IMG/VR virus record: IMGVR_UViG_641522639_000001
Location: 2,857 to 66,856 of that record
Length of the DNA: 64,000 nucleotides
Strand: one strand, 5' to 3'
Origin: a virus
The notes below the pieces were generated by a model that was not told where the DNA came from, made no database searches, and was given only the letters and a program-made list of their open reading frames with translations. A program made the translations under genes and the position numbers. How positions within the stretch are numbered: position 1 is the first letter of the stretch; each line of letters starts with the position of its first letter. Positions 36,923-46,955 of the stretch are shown here, piece after piece.

Positions 36923-37999
36923 CTACGGCGAGCCGGAGCCGGTGTTCCCCGAGGACGAGCTGTCGGACTCCCCGTCCGACGAGCGCTCGTCGCTCCCGGC
37001 CGAGCCCTGCGGTTGCTTCAGGGAGAGGGTCGTCTCGGCGCCGGACCGGCTGACCTTGTGGGTCACGCTCTCGATCCGGTAGGTGCCGTCGACCCCGGAG
37101 CGGCAGCCGCTCACGACGCAGGTGCCCTCGGCCTTGGCGGCGACCTCCAGCAGGATCGTGACCTCGCCCGACCCGCCCTCGCGCTCGCTCTCGGCCTTGC
37201 GGCCCTTGCCCGCGTCGGTCGCGTGATCCTTGGTCGCCCGGGGCGCCGTCGGCAAATCGAAGACCTCGGGAGCGCCGGGCGAGGCCCCGATCTCCACGTC
37301 CTCCTGCTTCCACTTGCCTTCCTTCCGGTCGTACCAGCGGACGCGGGCCTTCGCGTAGCGGGGCCTCGTCTCCTTCGGGGTGATCTTCCAGGAGATGAGG
37401 TTCCCGGGCCGGGTCGCCTCGACGCTCGGCATCGTGCCGCCGCCGGGCGTCGCGCCGCCCCCGCGGGCGGCGAAGACCGCCTGGTTGCCTTGGATCTTGA
37501 AGGTCGCGCCGAACTCCTCGGCCAGCTCCTGCCCGAGCTGGAGGAAGGAGCGCCCCTCGGTTGACCAGTAGGGGCGCTTGATCGCGCCCAAAGTCTTGTC
37601 GGCCTTGATCCCGGAGAGGCCGGCGTCCTTCGCCGCCTGCTCCAAAAACTCCTTTAAGGTTGCGTCGTCCTTGTGCTTGTGCTGCTTCTGCTTGGTCTTG
37701 CCGCGCTTGTCGACCGACTTGCAGGAGACGGACAGAGTCATGCCGCCGCCGCGCGCGCCGCTCGACTCGGCCTCGTCCACCACGCCCTTGAACACGATCA
37801 CGCCCTGAAGCGCGATCTCGACCGGGTTGCCCTTGGACGGGAGGCGCACCTGCCCGTCCGTGTCATCGAATTCGAGGGTCGCGCTGTCGGACGAGCCCCC
37901 CGCCTTGTCCACGACCTCGATCGCCGTGATGTAGGGGTTCATCGCGTCCGAGGCGTCGTTTCCGTTGACGGTCACCCGCCACGCGGTTGCCAGCACCAT
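36923..37999 (-). CDS. P2 gpD-like late control/baseplate hub protein
   Basis: SDSATLEFDD, QT/ESFLQL..AEEFGATFKI and ARVRWYD. Confidence 0.88.
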   Translation of the reverse strand: MVLATAWRVTVNGNDASDAMNPYITAIEVVDKAGGSSDSATLEFDDTDGQVRLPSKGNPVEIALQGVIVFKGVVDEAESSGARGGGMTLSVSCKSVDKRGKTKQKQHKHKDDATLKEFLEQAAKDAGLSGIKADKTLGAIKRPYWSTEGRSFLQLGQELAEEFGATFKIQGNQAVFAARGGGATPGGGTMPSVEATRPGNLISWKITPKETRPRYAKARVRWYDRKEGKWKQEDVEIGASPGAPEVFDLPTAPRATKDHATDAGKGRKAESEREGGSGEVTILLEVAAKAEGTCVVSGCRSGVDGTYRIESVTHKVSRSGAETTLSLKQPQGSAGSDERSSDGESDSSSSGNTGSGSP

Positions 38000-38012
38000 C
38001 GGTGCGCTCCGG

Positions 38013-38246
38013 TCAGTCGTCGAAGAGGTTCACGACCTTGCGGGTCGTGGCGGCGGAGGCCGCGGGGAGGTCCGGCAGGACGACGGGCGTCAGCAGCGGG
38101 ATCTCCGGGCCCCGGGCGGCGAGGCCCGGGTTCAGCTTCAGGGCGGCGGCGAGCATGGCCGAGGTGTCCCCGGCCCGGCCGTGCTCGCGCCACAGCAGGA
38201 GGTCCAGGACCGCCCGGCGGTCCTTGACGATGACGGTCTGGGACAT
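38013..38246 (-). CDS. P2 gpX-like tail protein (LysM-like)
   Basis: LDLLLWREHG...ALKLNPGLA...IPLLT.VVLPD...VNLFD. Confidence 0.85.
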   Translation of the reverse strand: MSQTVIVKDRRAVLDLLLWREHGRAGDTSAMLAAALKLNPGLAARGPEIPLLTPVVLPDLPAASAATTRKVVNLFDD

Positions 38247-38250
38247 GGGC

Positions 38251-38685
38251 TCACCCGAACAGCGAGAGCACGGCGTCGATCAGGTCGGCGCCGGTCGACT
38301 GGCCCGGGTCATCGACCCGCTCCAGCTTGAGGTCGTGCTTGACCTTGTAGGCGATGCCGTTCGGCGCGACGGCGTCCGCGTGGCTCTCCTTGACGGAGGT
38401 GATCACGAACCAGCCGACGACGTAGCCGTCGCCGCGCATCACGAACTGTTCGGAGCCGCTGTCCTTCAGGGCGCGGGCGGTTTCGAGCTGCGAGAGGCCC
38501 CCGATATGGAAGGGCAGGAACTCGCCCGAGAGGGTCAGGGTGTCGTCCCCGGCCCCCGCGCGCTCGTAGCCTTTCCGCCGGGACATTAGGTCATGCTTGG
38601 CGTAATCGTAGGCATCTTCCCGCTCGACGCCAGTCACGCTGAACGGGAACGTGTCGAAGATCAGGCTGCCCACCATATACTGCAC
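38251..38685 (-). CDS. P2 gpU-like tail protein
   Basis: YAKHDL...G.GDDTLTLSG, MRGDG.V.GWFVI.SV.E. Confidence 0.88.
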   Translation of the reverse strand: MQYMVGSLIFDTFPFSVTGVEREDAYDYAKHDLMSRRKGYERAGAGDDTLTLSGEFLPFHIGGLSQLETARALKDSGSEQFVMRGDGYVVGWFVITSVKESHADAVAPNGIAYKVKHDLKLERVDDPGQSTGADLIDAVLSLFG

Positions 38686-38697
38686 GGCGCGCCTCCG

Positions 38698-41600
38698 TTA
38701 AGCGAAGTTGTCAGAGAGCGCGCCGCGCACGTTGACTGAGCCCGATCCACTCTCGCCGCCGCCCTTGCCGCCGGCCGCCGCGTTGACGCTCCCGAGCGAG
38801 GCGTTGGCCGAGGCCACCGCGCCGGGGATGCGCTGGAGCGCCGCGAGGGCCTGGTTGGCCTTGGCGATCAGGCCGTCGAGCCCGCCGGTCGACACCTGAG
38901 GGGAGACGGTGACGCCGGACAGGCCCGAGAGCTTGTCCTTCGCCGCGTCCGCCTTGGTCCCCAGGCTGTCGAGGCCGGACGTGTCGCCCTTGGGGGCGAT
39001 CGCCGGCACGCCCGAGCCGGTCAGTCCGGGCTGCGCCTCCGGCGAGGCAGGCCTGGGCGTGTACCGGGATTGGATGCGCTGGCGCGCCGCCTCGATCTGG
39101 GCGGGCGTCAGGTCGCCCGATGCCGCCGGGGCGGAGGTGCGGGGGCGCCCGATCCCCTGCCAGGGGCCGATCCCGACCCGCTTGGCCCCGTGCCACGGGG
39201 TCCAGCCCCCCTTGGCCGCCTCGCGCATCGCGAAGTCGATCTGCTCCCTCCAGGTGTTCGGGTCGCGGACGTTGATGCCCTCGCGCAGGGCCTTGTTGCC
39301 GAGGCCCCCGCCCGTAAAGAGCTGGAAGTCCCCGAACGACCGGCCCTGGTCGCCCGTGTACTCGTTGAAGCCCTCGCTCTGCGCGACGCGCAGCGCGACC
39401 TCCGGGTCGATCCCGTTCCGGCGCGCCGCCTCGCGGATGTAGGCGGCCCGGTCGGCCTTCGAGGCGACGTGCCCGATCCCGGCGCCGCCCCCGACCGCGA
39501 GCGCCCGCCCGAAGAAGGAGCCGCCGCCGCCGCCCGACAAAGAGACGTAGGTCGAGCGGGCCCGGCCGGTCGCCGCCCCGGTGTCGAGGTCGAAGGAAAT
39601 TTTGATGGGCTCGGAGAAAATCTCCTTGATCTTCTCCCAGAGGCTCTTGGCCTTCTCCTCGATCTTGGGGGCCTCCTTCGCGCCCCCCTTGGCGACGCCC
39701 TGCCCGGCGCTGCTGCCGGCCTCCTGGCCCGCGCTGCCGGCCTCAGGGGCCTTGGCCCGGATGCCGTCCGCGATGGCCTGCCCAGCCTCCTGGCCCGCCT
39801 TGGCGCCCGACTCCGCGCTCCCGGCCGCCGCCTTGGATGCCAAGGCCTCCCGGGCCGCCTCGCCGAGCTTCAGGCCCGCCCGCTGGCGCTCCTCGCCGGC
39901 CCTGATCCGGTTGTCGAGCGTCTGGACCTCGCGCTGGAGGCGGTCGAGGTCCGCGTTCGGCTGGCCGCGCATCGAGGGGCGGATCCACCCCTCGATGCCG
40001 GTCATCTCGGCCCGCTTGGCGTCGCGCTGCTGGCGCAGCTCGGCCACCTCCTCGCTGTCCTTCGGGGTCCAGTGCTTGCCGGCCGCGATGGCGCCGACCT
40101 CGTTGATCCCCTCGGCGATCCGCTCGCCCGCGCTCTGGCCGGCATCGCTGCCGGCCTCGGCCGCGTCGCGCCGCAGCATTTCCCAGCCGCGCTTGGCCTC
40201 CGGGGCCTTGGCCCGAACGCCGTCCGCGATGGCCTGCCCGGCCTGCTCACCCGCCTTGTCCGCGCCCTTCTCGACCCCCTTGGCGACCGCCTTGCCGGCG
40301 TCCTGGCCGGCGCTGGCGGCGTCGGGGACCTTGACCTCCGGGGGCTTGACCGGTGGAGCCGCGGGGGCGGCCTTGGCCGCTGCGCGGGCGTCCAGGGCCT
40401 CCCGGGCGGCCTCGCCGATCGGCAGCCCGGCGCGCTTCGTCTCCTCGCCCGACCGGATGCGGTTCTCCAGGACGCTGATGTCCTTCTGGAGCCGGTCGCT
40501 CTCGGGGTCGAACTCCCCGCGCCGTGAGGGGTGGAACTTCGCCTGCCGCGCCTCGATCTGGCCGCGCTTCTCGTCGCGCTGCCGCCGGAGGTCGGCCAGC
40601 TCCTCCTCGTCCTTGGGGGTCCAGTACTTGCCCCCCGCGATGGCGCCGACCTCGTTGATCCCCTCGCCGATCGCCTGCCCGGTCTTGGCGCCCGCGTAGG
40701 CCGCCGCGATGAAGGGGGTGATCTTGCTCAGGATCGCGCCCAGCCCCTCGGCCGCCCTGACCCCGAACATGCCGAGCGCGGAGAGCGTCCCCTTCAGGGT
40801 CAGGAACGCCGTCGTCGCGGTCGCGAGGTCGGTCGCCGTGCGGATCGAGCTGTCGGAGAGGTCCGAGAACTTGTCGGCCAGATCGCCGATGGCCTTCCAC
40901 ATCCCGCGCAGTCGCTCGTCGTTCGCCTGGGCGGCGCGCATGTAGGCGGTCTCGAAGGACCCCTTCATCTGGTTGTACTCGCCGTAGGCGCCCGCGTTGA
41001 CGTCCTTGCCGAACTGCGAGGCGCGGTCCTTCGGCGTGTGCTCGAACGCCTTGCGGTCCTTCTCCAGCATCTCGGGGCGCAGGCCGAGCGCCCGGCCGCC
41101 GTGCTCCTGGCCGAACAGGTACTTGGCGAGCGCGGGCGTCAGCCCCTGCTTCAGGATGTCCATGAGCAGGCGCTCGCTGTCGACCGCGCCAGAGGTCATG
41201 TTCATGTAGTCGTTGACCGCCTTGGCGATCTTCTGGGCGTCCTGGGCGTTGACCTTGCCCTTCTTCCCCTTCTTCGCCAGCGTCTCCTGAAGGATCTCGG
41301 AGACTTGCGGCACGAACTCCGCCCGGTCCCCGACCACGTCCTCGTCGTTCAGCAGCTCGCCGATGCGCTTCAGCTGAGAGGCGTTCAGGCCCTTGCCGAA
41401 CTGGAGGCGGACCAGATTGTCGAGGTTGTCCGCCGACATCTTCTTGCCGGGGGAGACGTAGTCGTCGTGGTCGAAGCCGGCCGCCGCCAGGGCGTTGCGG
41501 CCCTTGTTCGTCGGCACGGTCAGCTTGGTCGCCGCCGCCCGGACGAAAGTGCCGGCCATCGCGCCGTCGTAGCCCAGGCGCTTGAGCTGGGCGGCCAGCG

Positions 41601-42942
41601 AGTCCGAGAACTCCTCGGAGAAGCCCATCACCTGCCCGGGCGCGGCGCCGAACTTGGTGTAGCCCATGATGTCGTGGTGGCTCGCGCCCGAGGACTTGCC
41701 GAACTGGACCAGCCGGTTCGCCGCGTGCTTGGCGCTCGTCGCCGCAGCATCCGGGGAGGACAGGTCGTACTGCCGGCCCTTGATCCGCGAGATGATCGCC
41801 TCGGCGCCCTCGTCCATGGTGGTTCCCATGGCGAGCGCGTAGTCCTTGGTGTTCTCGGTGATGGCCGAGATGACCGCCACGGTCTTGAGGTGATCCGGCA
41901 GCGAGGACGCGACGAGGGTCTGCGCCTTCACGACGTCCGAGTTCGTGAACCGGGTGTCCTTGCCGATCTGGAGCGCCTGCGTGGTCAGCGGCCTCTGCGT
42001 GTCCTCGCTGATTCCCATGACCGCGCGCTGCCGGCGCGTCGCCTCGTCGAAGTCCAGGTAGACATCCCGGGCCTTCTCGTAGGTCCGCTTCGCCAGCTCG
42101 GCGGCGCCCAGCCCCTCCAGGGCCTCGACCGCGCCCCCGGCGATGGAGGTGCCGCCCTCCGCGCCGCCCTTCCGGGCCGCGCCGCCCGCCATCGAGCCGG
42201 TCGAGTAGCGCCGGCCCGCCTGATAGGTCGCGGCCAGCTCGGCCTGCCTCTGGGCCGCCTTCTGCGCCCGAGCGGCGCGCGCGGGGGAGCTCATGCCGTC
42301 GATCATGCGGCGGCTGGCGGCCTGCTGGGCCGCCGACTGCCGCCCGGCCGCGGCCATCCCGGCCGCGACGTCCCTGTACGCCTTGGCGGCGCTGGCCGCG
42401 CGCTGGGAGATGGTCGAGAACAGGTTGCCCTGCGTCCGCAGCGCCGCGTTGGCGCCGTTGGTCGCGCCGGCGATCGCGCCCTCGGCCGACGTGACCTGCT
42501 TCAGCCCCCCGGCCGCGGAGGCCAGGGTGGCGGTGAGCCCGCGGACCACGGCCTTCTGGCCGTCGAAGGTGGTCTTGAGCCCTTCGAGGGTGCGCTGGGA
42601 GGCCGCGAACTGCGCCTTCGCGGCGCGCAGCCGCGCCTGGGCCGCGTCGACCTCGCCGCTGGCCTTGAAGGCCGCGTAGTTCGAGCTGCCCGACGCCTTG
42701 GAGCGCGCGAAGAAGGCGACCTTCCTCTCGGCCGCGGCCAGCTCCCGCGACGCGCGCTCGACCTCGCCCTTAGCGCGCCGGAGCTTGCCGCCCAGCTCGT
42801 CCAGGCCCGAGGCCGCGTTCTTCAGCTTGTTGAGGCCGTCGCCGGCCTTGGAGAGCCCCTGGAGCGCCTTCGACGCCTGCCCGGCCGGACCCGTGACCTG
42901 ATCGGTCAAGCGGATGATGAGCGAGGCGGTCTTGCTGGCCAT
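38698..42942 (-). CDS. Tape measure protein with C-terminal lytic-transglycosylase-like domain and an internal duplication
   Basis: 1414 aa, Ala/Gly-rich, phage TMP core; YIREAARRNGIDPEVALRVAQSEG...GDFQL. Confidence 0.9.
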   Translation of the reverse strand: MASKTASLIIRLTDQVTGPAGQASKALQGLSKAGDGLNKLKNAASGLDELGGKLRRAKGEVERASRELAAAERKVAFFARSKASGSSNYAAFKASGEVDAAQARLRAAKAQFAASQRTLEGLKTTFDGQKAVVRGLTATLASAAGGLKQVTSAEGAIAGATNGANAALRTQGNLFSTISQRAASAAKAYRDVAAGMAAAGRQSAAQQAASRRMIDGMSSPARAARAQKAAQRQAELAATYQAGRRYSTGSMAGGAARKGGAEGGTSIAGGAVEALEGLGAAELAKRTYEKARDVYLDFDEATRRQRAVMGISEDTQRPLTTQALQIGKDTRFTNSDVVKAQTLVASSLPDHLKTVAVISAITENTKDYALAMGTTMDEGAEAIISRIKGRQYDLSSPDAAATSAKHAANRLVQFGKSSGASHHDIMGYTKFGAAPGQVMGFSEEFSDSLAAQLKRLGYDGAMAGTFVRAAATKLTVPTNKGRNALAAAGFDHDDYVSPGKKMSADNLDNLVRLQFGKGLNASQLKRIGELLNDEDVVGDRAEFVPQVSEILQETLAKKGKKGKVNAQDAQKIAKAVNDYMNMTSGAVDSERLLMDILKQGLTPALAKYLFGQEHGGRALGLRPEMLEKDRKAFEHTPKDRASQFGKDVNAGAYGEYNQMKGSFETAYMRAAQANDERLRGMWKAIGDLADKFSDLSDSSIRTATDLATATTAFLTLKGTLSALGMFGVRAAEGLGAILSKITPFIAAAYAGAKTGQAIGEGINEVGAIAGGKYWTPKDEEELADLRRQRDEKRGQIEARQAKFHPSRRGEFDPESDRLQKDISVLENRIRSGEETKRAGLPIGEAAREALDARAAAKAAPAAPPVKPPEVKVPDAASAGQDAGKAVAKGVEKGADKAGEQAGQAIADGVRAKAPEAKRGWEMLRRDAAEAGSDAGQSAGERIAEGINEVGAIAAGKHWTPKDSEEVAELRQQRDAKRAEMTGIEGWIRPSMRGQPNADLDRLQREVQTLDNRIRAGEERQRAGLKLGEAAREALASKAAAGSAESGAKAGQEAGQAIADGIRAKAPEAGSAGQEAGSSAGQGVAKGGAKEAPKIEEKAKSLWEKIKEIFSEPIKISFDLDTGAATGRARSTYVSLSGGGGGSFFGRALAVGGGAGIGHVASKADRAAYIREAARRNGIDPEVALRVAQSEGFNEYTGDQGRSFGDFQLFTGGGLGNKALREGINVRDPNTWREQIDFAMREAAKGGWTPWHGAKRVGIGPWQGIGRPRTSAPAASGDLTPAQIEAARQRIQSRYTPRPASPEAQPGLTGSGVPAIAPKGDTSGLDSLGTKADAAKDKLSGLSGVTVSPQVSTGGLDGLIAKANQALAALQRIPGAVASANASLGSVNAAAGGKGGGESGSGSVNVRGALSDNFA

Positions 42943-43048
42943 CTGGGGGCTCTCTCATGCTATAGGCGCGCCATGCGCTGGGCGCAGCGCCACTCGCGGA
43001 CGAAGTCGTCCCAAGGCAGCGCGTCCAATTCGGCGCGCGTCCCGCCGA

Positions 43049-43606
43049 TCACGCGGAGGATGTCGGCCCGGTAGTCTCGCCAGAGGCGGGGGTCGACTCG
43101 CTGCCGTCGGTCACGGCGGGCGGCAGCATCCGGCGCGGCAAAAAATCCATGATCCGCGCGCCGATCCTGTCGTCGTCGTCCGGGTCCAGGCGCTCGATCA
43201 CCTTGTAGGGGATCGGTGTTCCGTCCGGGGTGTAGAACACCGGGAAGCCCCGGAAGCCGCTCTCGGCCAGGGCGTCGAAGAACGCCGCGACCTCCGCCGC
43301 GGTCGGGCGGCGCAGGACCACGGTGTCGTAGACCCGGCCCTGGTAGGCGATCGGGCACTCCAGCGGGAACTCGGCCGAGCGGGGCTTGCCGCCCACGAAC
43401 ACCGGCTCCTCATCCGGCTCCGCCGGGGGCGGGGCGGGCTCCGCGGCCCGAGGTTTGACCGCCAGCGGGCGTTTGCCCCGGCGCCGGCCCTTCCCCGCCT
43501 CCGGGGCCGAAACGGCTGCCTGCGGGGCTGCCTGGGGCGCGGGCGCGGCCTTGCCGGCCGGCTCGTAGTCGCGGACGAGCGTCTCGAAGCTTTCCATCTG
43601 GTCCAC
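43049..43606 (-). CDS. Tail assembly chaperone (P2 gpE-like), extended to 42960 by a -1 frameshift
   Basis: Between tube and TMP; LRRPT motif; TTTTTTG slippery site at 43145-43139. Confidence 0.8.
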   Translation of the reverse strand: MDQMESFETLVRDYEPAGKAAPAPQAAPQAAVSAPEAGKGRRRGKRPLAVKPRAAEPAPPPAEPDEEPVFVGGKPRSAEFPLECPIAYQGRVYDTVVLRRPTAAEVAAFFDALAESGFRGFPVFYTPDGTPIPYKVIERLDPDDDDRIGARIMDFLPRRMLPPAVTDGSESTPASGETTGPTSSA

Positions 43607-43619
43607 CTGTTCCGTTGAG

Positions 43620-43648
43620 GCGGGCGGCGCCCCGGAGGCGCCGCCCGC
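43620..43648. repeat. Inverted repeat between tube and chaperone genes
   Basis: GCGGGCGGCGCC-ccgga-GGCGCCGCCCGC. Confidence 0.5.
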
Positions 43649-43652
43649 CCGA

Positions 43653-44180
43653 TCAGACGCCGAGGGCCGCGCGGTACTCGGCGAACACGTCCGTCCCGCC
43701 GTGGATCCACTCGCGGGTGTAGAACGACCACTTGAAGATCTGCTCGTTGTTCACGACCAGCTCATAGTAAGTCACTTCCATCAGCGAGTGATCGCAGTCG
43801 ATCAGCTCGCCCGGGGTGTGCTCACCCGGCGACCACTCGCAGACGACGCCCTGGATCGTGGCGCGGACCGGCAGAAGACGATTGGTCTTCTTGTTGCGGA
43901 GCGTCGAGGCGTACGTCCACTTGTCGTTCGTGCCGGCCGAGAAGCCGAATTTCCTCAGCACGTCCAGGTCGACGCCCTTCACCGAGAACTTCGGCTCCAG
44001 CGCGTCGATCATCGGTAGCGCGAAGTTGACCGTGCCGGTACCACCGCCCGGGGTGTGCTCGGAGGTTTTGCGCTTGATCCCGGGCAGCGCCATCTTGTTG
44101 ATCGTGAAGACGCGGGTGTCGTCGCTGTCGTCCGCACGACGAACGTCGACCTCCTCCATGATGAGAATGTCCTGGGCCAC
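43653..44180 (-). CDS. Major tail tube protein (P2 FII-like)
   Basis: LPGIKRKT.EH.PGG, LE.KF, and ATIQG...W.PG motifs; follows the sheath. Confidence 0.88.
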   Translation of the reverse strand: MAQDILIMEEVDVRRADDSDDTRVFTINKMALPGIKRKTSEHTPGGGTGTVNFALPMIDALEPKFSVKGVDLDVLRKFGFSAGTNDKWTYASTLRNKKTNRLLPVRATIQGVVCEWSPGEHTPGELIDCDHSLMEVTYYELVVNNEQIFKWSFYTREWIHGGTDVFAEYRAALGV

Positions 44181-44247
44181 GGCGGGCTATCCTTCTGTCG
44201 AGAGGGGGGCGGGGACCCGCGCCGGGCCGCGGCGCGGGTTGCTGGGG

Positions 44248-45534
44248 TCAGACCGTGGCGGTCAGGTTCCCGGTATTGGCGATGACGGTCGCCACCAGGG
44301 CGTCCAGCGCTGGGCGGTACTTCCGCACGTCGTTCTGCGCGACGAGGAAGATCGGCGCCTGCTGGATATAGCTCTGGATGTGAAGCATCCCCAGCTCGAC
44401 CTGATTGGCCGAGTTAAGATCCTTCGAGAACACGATCTTGTACCCGAGGATGTCCGGCGGATCCGCCTTGACGTGGTCGAGCATGGCGAAGTCGAGGGAC
44501 TTCAGCCAGCTCTCGACCACGCGCGGGGTGATGCGCTTGCCGAGGTACTTGCGAGTGATCTTCTGCTCCTCGACATCGATATAGTCCTGGCCGCGGACCT
44601 GATGGGCCTGCCGCCAGTTCTCGCTGATGTCGCACGTCTCCCAGCCGAGGAAGACGAAGCCGCCTTCCGCGATGGCATCGACGTTCGCGGACTGGCCCGA
44701 GACGATGATCGAGACGTCGGAGGCCAGCATCGTCTGGCCCTCGGTCGAGCCGTCGATGAGGCTGAACGCGATCGGGCGGCTGACGTCGGCGATGCCGTAG
44801 ACCGGCTGGTTGCAGATCGTGTCGAAGGGCTTGCCGCCCAGGTTGTTGTCCTGGCGCACGAACAGGCCCGCCACGATCGGGCTCGCCGGCATCGTGGTCA
44901 GGGTCGTGACGTTGCTCACGGTCTTGTACGCGCGGACCGCCACGCCCACCGGCATCATCCGCATGGACGACATGGTTTCGCGCCCGGCGATCGCCGCGTC
45001 CGCGGAGCCCGGGGCGACGTCGTAGGGCATGAACGCCCGGAGGGTGTCGAGCACCGGCCCGATCGCCGCCATGACCGGGTTGGCGACGCCCGTGCCGTCC
45101 GGCTGCTGGGCGGTGTAGCCCGGGACGATGATCAGCCGCGGGACCGCCTTGACCACCTCGGCGGCGGTCAGGAAGGCGTAGAGGCCGGTGTTGCTGCCAG
45201 CGCTGCCGACGCAGTTCGCGAGCGTCTGGGAGAGCTTGGTCGTCGGGTCGGAGCTGGCGCCCTCGGCCACGCGGACCACGATCACGTCGGCGGCGAGCCC
45301 CTTCAGCTGCGCGTTGAGCAGCTGAAGGGCGTCAGCGAGGTAGCCGGTCCCGATCTTCGAGAGGTACGCGGGGTCCGTGCTGCTGAAGCGGATGGGCGTG
45401 TTGAGCGGGAAGACATCGGCGTCGGCGTCCGCCGAGGTCGAGAGGATGCCGACCTTCGAGAAGTCGGTCCCCGCGACGACGATCGGATCGTCGTCCGGCC
45501 GGGTCGCGATGTAGCCGAGGGTGGGTGCGGTCAC
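44248..45534 (-). CDS. Tail sheath protein (P2 FI-like)
   Basis: TGLYAFL.A....VPRLIIVPG, PAS..VAGL..R.D, and GGFVFLG motifs. Confidence 0.9.
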   Translation of the reverse strand: MTAPTLGYIATRPDDDPIVVAGTDFSKVGILSTSADADADVFPLNTPIRFSSTDPAYLSKIGTGYLADALQLLNAQLKGLAADVIVVRVAEGASSDPTTKLSQTLANCVGSAGSNTGLYAFLTAAEVVKAVPRLIIVPGYTAQQPDGTGVANPVMAAIGPVLDTLRAFMPYDVAPGSADAAIAGRETMSSMRMMPVGVAVRAYKTVSNVTTLTTMPASPIVAGLFVRQDNNLGGKPFDTICNQPVYGIADVSRPIAFSLIDGSTEGQTMLASDVSIIVSGQSANVDAIAEGGFVFLGWETCDISENWRQAHQVRGQDYIDVEEQKITRKYLGKRITPRVVESWLKSLDFAMLDHVKADPPDILGYKIVFSKDLNSANQVELGMLHIQSYIQQAPIFLVAQNDVRKYRPALDALVATVIANTGNLTATV

Positions 45535-45545
45535 GGGCGTGCTCC

Positions 45546-45574
45546 AAACAGAAACGCCGCCATGGAGGCGGCGT
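45546..45574 (-). terminator. Rho-independent terminator upstream of the sheath gene
   Basis: ACGCCGCC-TCCAT-GGCGGCGT-TTCTGTTT. Confidence 0.55.
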
Positions 45575-45617
45575 GCGGGGTGGGAGGGGCGCCCGGATCA
45601 CCCGGGCAGGGGGAGGC

Positions 45618-46130
45618 TCAGAGGGCGGGCCAGCTCGCCGCCTCGAAGGCGGCCACCGCCGCCTCGGGTGTCGCCGCCGCGGCGATCGCGGCCTTCGCGG
45701 TCAGGCGGGCGCCCCGGATCGCGGCCGCGGCCGCGATCCAGGCCGCGGCCGCGGCGACGACCGCGCGGGCGACGCCCTTGACGTCCGAGGCTGGCGCGCC
45801 GGTCTGCGGGTCGACGTCGAGGCCGACCGTGGCGGCCAGGAGCGGGTAGTCGCCCGGGACGGGAGTCCCGGACATGGCGAGCGCCGCGCGGGCCTGGGCC
45901 AGCGTCTCCTGATATTCCATGGCCTGCCCGGCGCCGGGCGTGACCAGGGCGAGCCGCAGGGCCTCCGCCTTGGCGTCGACCAGCGCGGCGAGCTTGGCGC
46001 GCACGGCCGGGACGATCACGGCGTCGGGCACGCCGCGGGCGCGCAGAAAGGCGACGGGTGCGTCGCGGAAGCTCTCGGCCCCGTGATCGAGACTGAGCGC
46101 GGCGAGGACATCGGCGGAGGTCTGCGGCAT
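45618..46130 (-). CDS. Tail fibre assembly-like protein
   Basis: PGAGQAMEYQE...AR, YPLL.A.VG pattern. Confidence 0.6.
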   Translation of the reverse strand: MPQTSADVLAALSLDHGAESFRDAPVAFLRARGVPDAVIVPAVRAKLAALVDAKAEALRLALVTPGAGQAMEYQETLAQARAALAMSGTPVPGDYPLLAATVGLDVDPQTGAPASDVKGVARAVVAAAAAWIAAAAAIRGARLTAKAAIAAAATPEAAVAAFEAASWPAL

Positions 46131-46166
46131 GAGCGCGGGATCCTGTCGGAGGGCGAGGGCGGGGGC

Positions 46167-46937
46167 TTACGCCGCCGTGAGGCTCGACGTGTAAACGCTG
46201 TAGTTGTTCGGGTTGGCGCCGGCCGCCACGCCGGAAAAGACCCGGCCCGCGGCGTTCGCGCCGAGCGACCCGCTGAAGTAGAACGAGGAGTGGAAGCCCG
46301 CTTCGGTGCGGATCAGCGTGGCAAGACTTCCGGACGGGGCCGCGATGGTGACGTTGTTCGCGTTGATCTGCCCGGAGGTCTGGATGCAGTACGGGAACGT
46401 CACGTCCGATGACGGGTTCGGCAGCATGATGTCCAGGTAGCCGAAGGTGATATTGGCCGTGCCGGCGATGAACCCGCCCGGAACCCGGCCGTAGAACGGC
46501 AGCGGCGAGTTCAGCGCCTCGTTGCGGAAGGTCAACTGGCGCTGAGCCGACGCGTAGGGGGTCGAGTTGTCGGGCGTGTCCAGGGTCGCGCCGACGATGG
46601 TGATGTCCGAGTACAGTGCGCGGTAATAATTGAGCTGCACATCGCCGAGGCAGATGATTTCGGTCTTGCCGTCCAGGTAAAGGTTCTCGATCGCCTTGTC
46701 GAGGCTACGGTAGGGCGCTTGCAGTGCGCCGGACCCGGTCGTATCGGACCCGTTCGACGGGTCAACGAAGATCTGAAGCGACCGCGGGCGGTTCTGAAAA
46801 TTGTTGATGATGTTTGTGATGTTGGTCACGTTGGTCGCGCCCTGGGCCACGACCTGATTGTAGAGCGTCTGCCACTGCGCGAGCGCGGCGTTGAGCGCGG
46901 TCGTCGAATCGGTCAGGGCGTCAACTACCGTCGTCAT
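46167..46937 (-). CDS. Short tail fibre/baseplate-associated protein
   Basis: Coiled N-terminus then IFVDPSNGSD..G.G....PYRSLDKAI (DUF1565-like start). Confidence 0.6.
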   Translation of the reverse strand: MTTVVDALTDSTTALNAALAQWQTLYNQVVAQGATNVTNITNIINNFQNRPRSLQIFVDPSNGSDTTGSGALQAPYRSLDKAIENLYLDGKTEIICLGDVQLNYYRALYSDITIVGATLDTPDNSTPYASAQRQLTFRNEALNSPLPFYGRVPGGFIAGTANITFGYLDIMLPNPSSDVTFPYCIQTSGQINANNVTIAAPSGSLATLIRTEAGFHSSFYFSGSLGANAAGRVFSGVAAGANPNNYSVYTSSLTAA

Positions 46938-46955
46938 GTGCGGAGTTCCTTCGGA

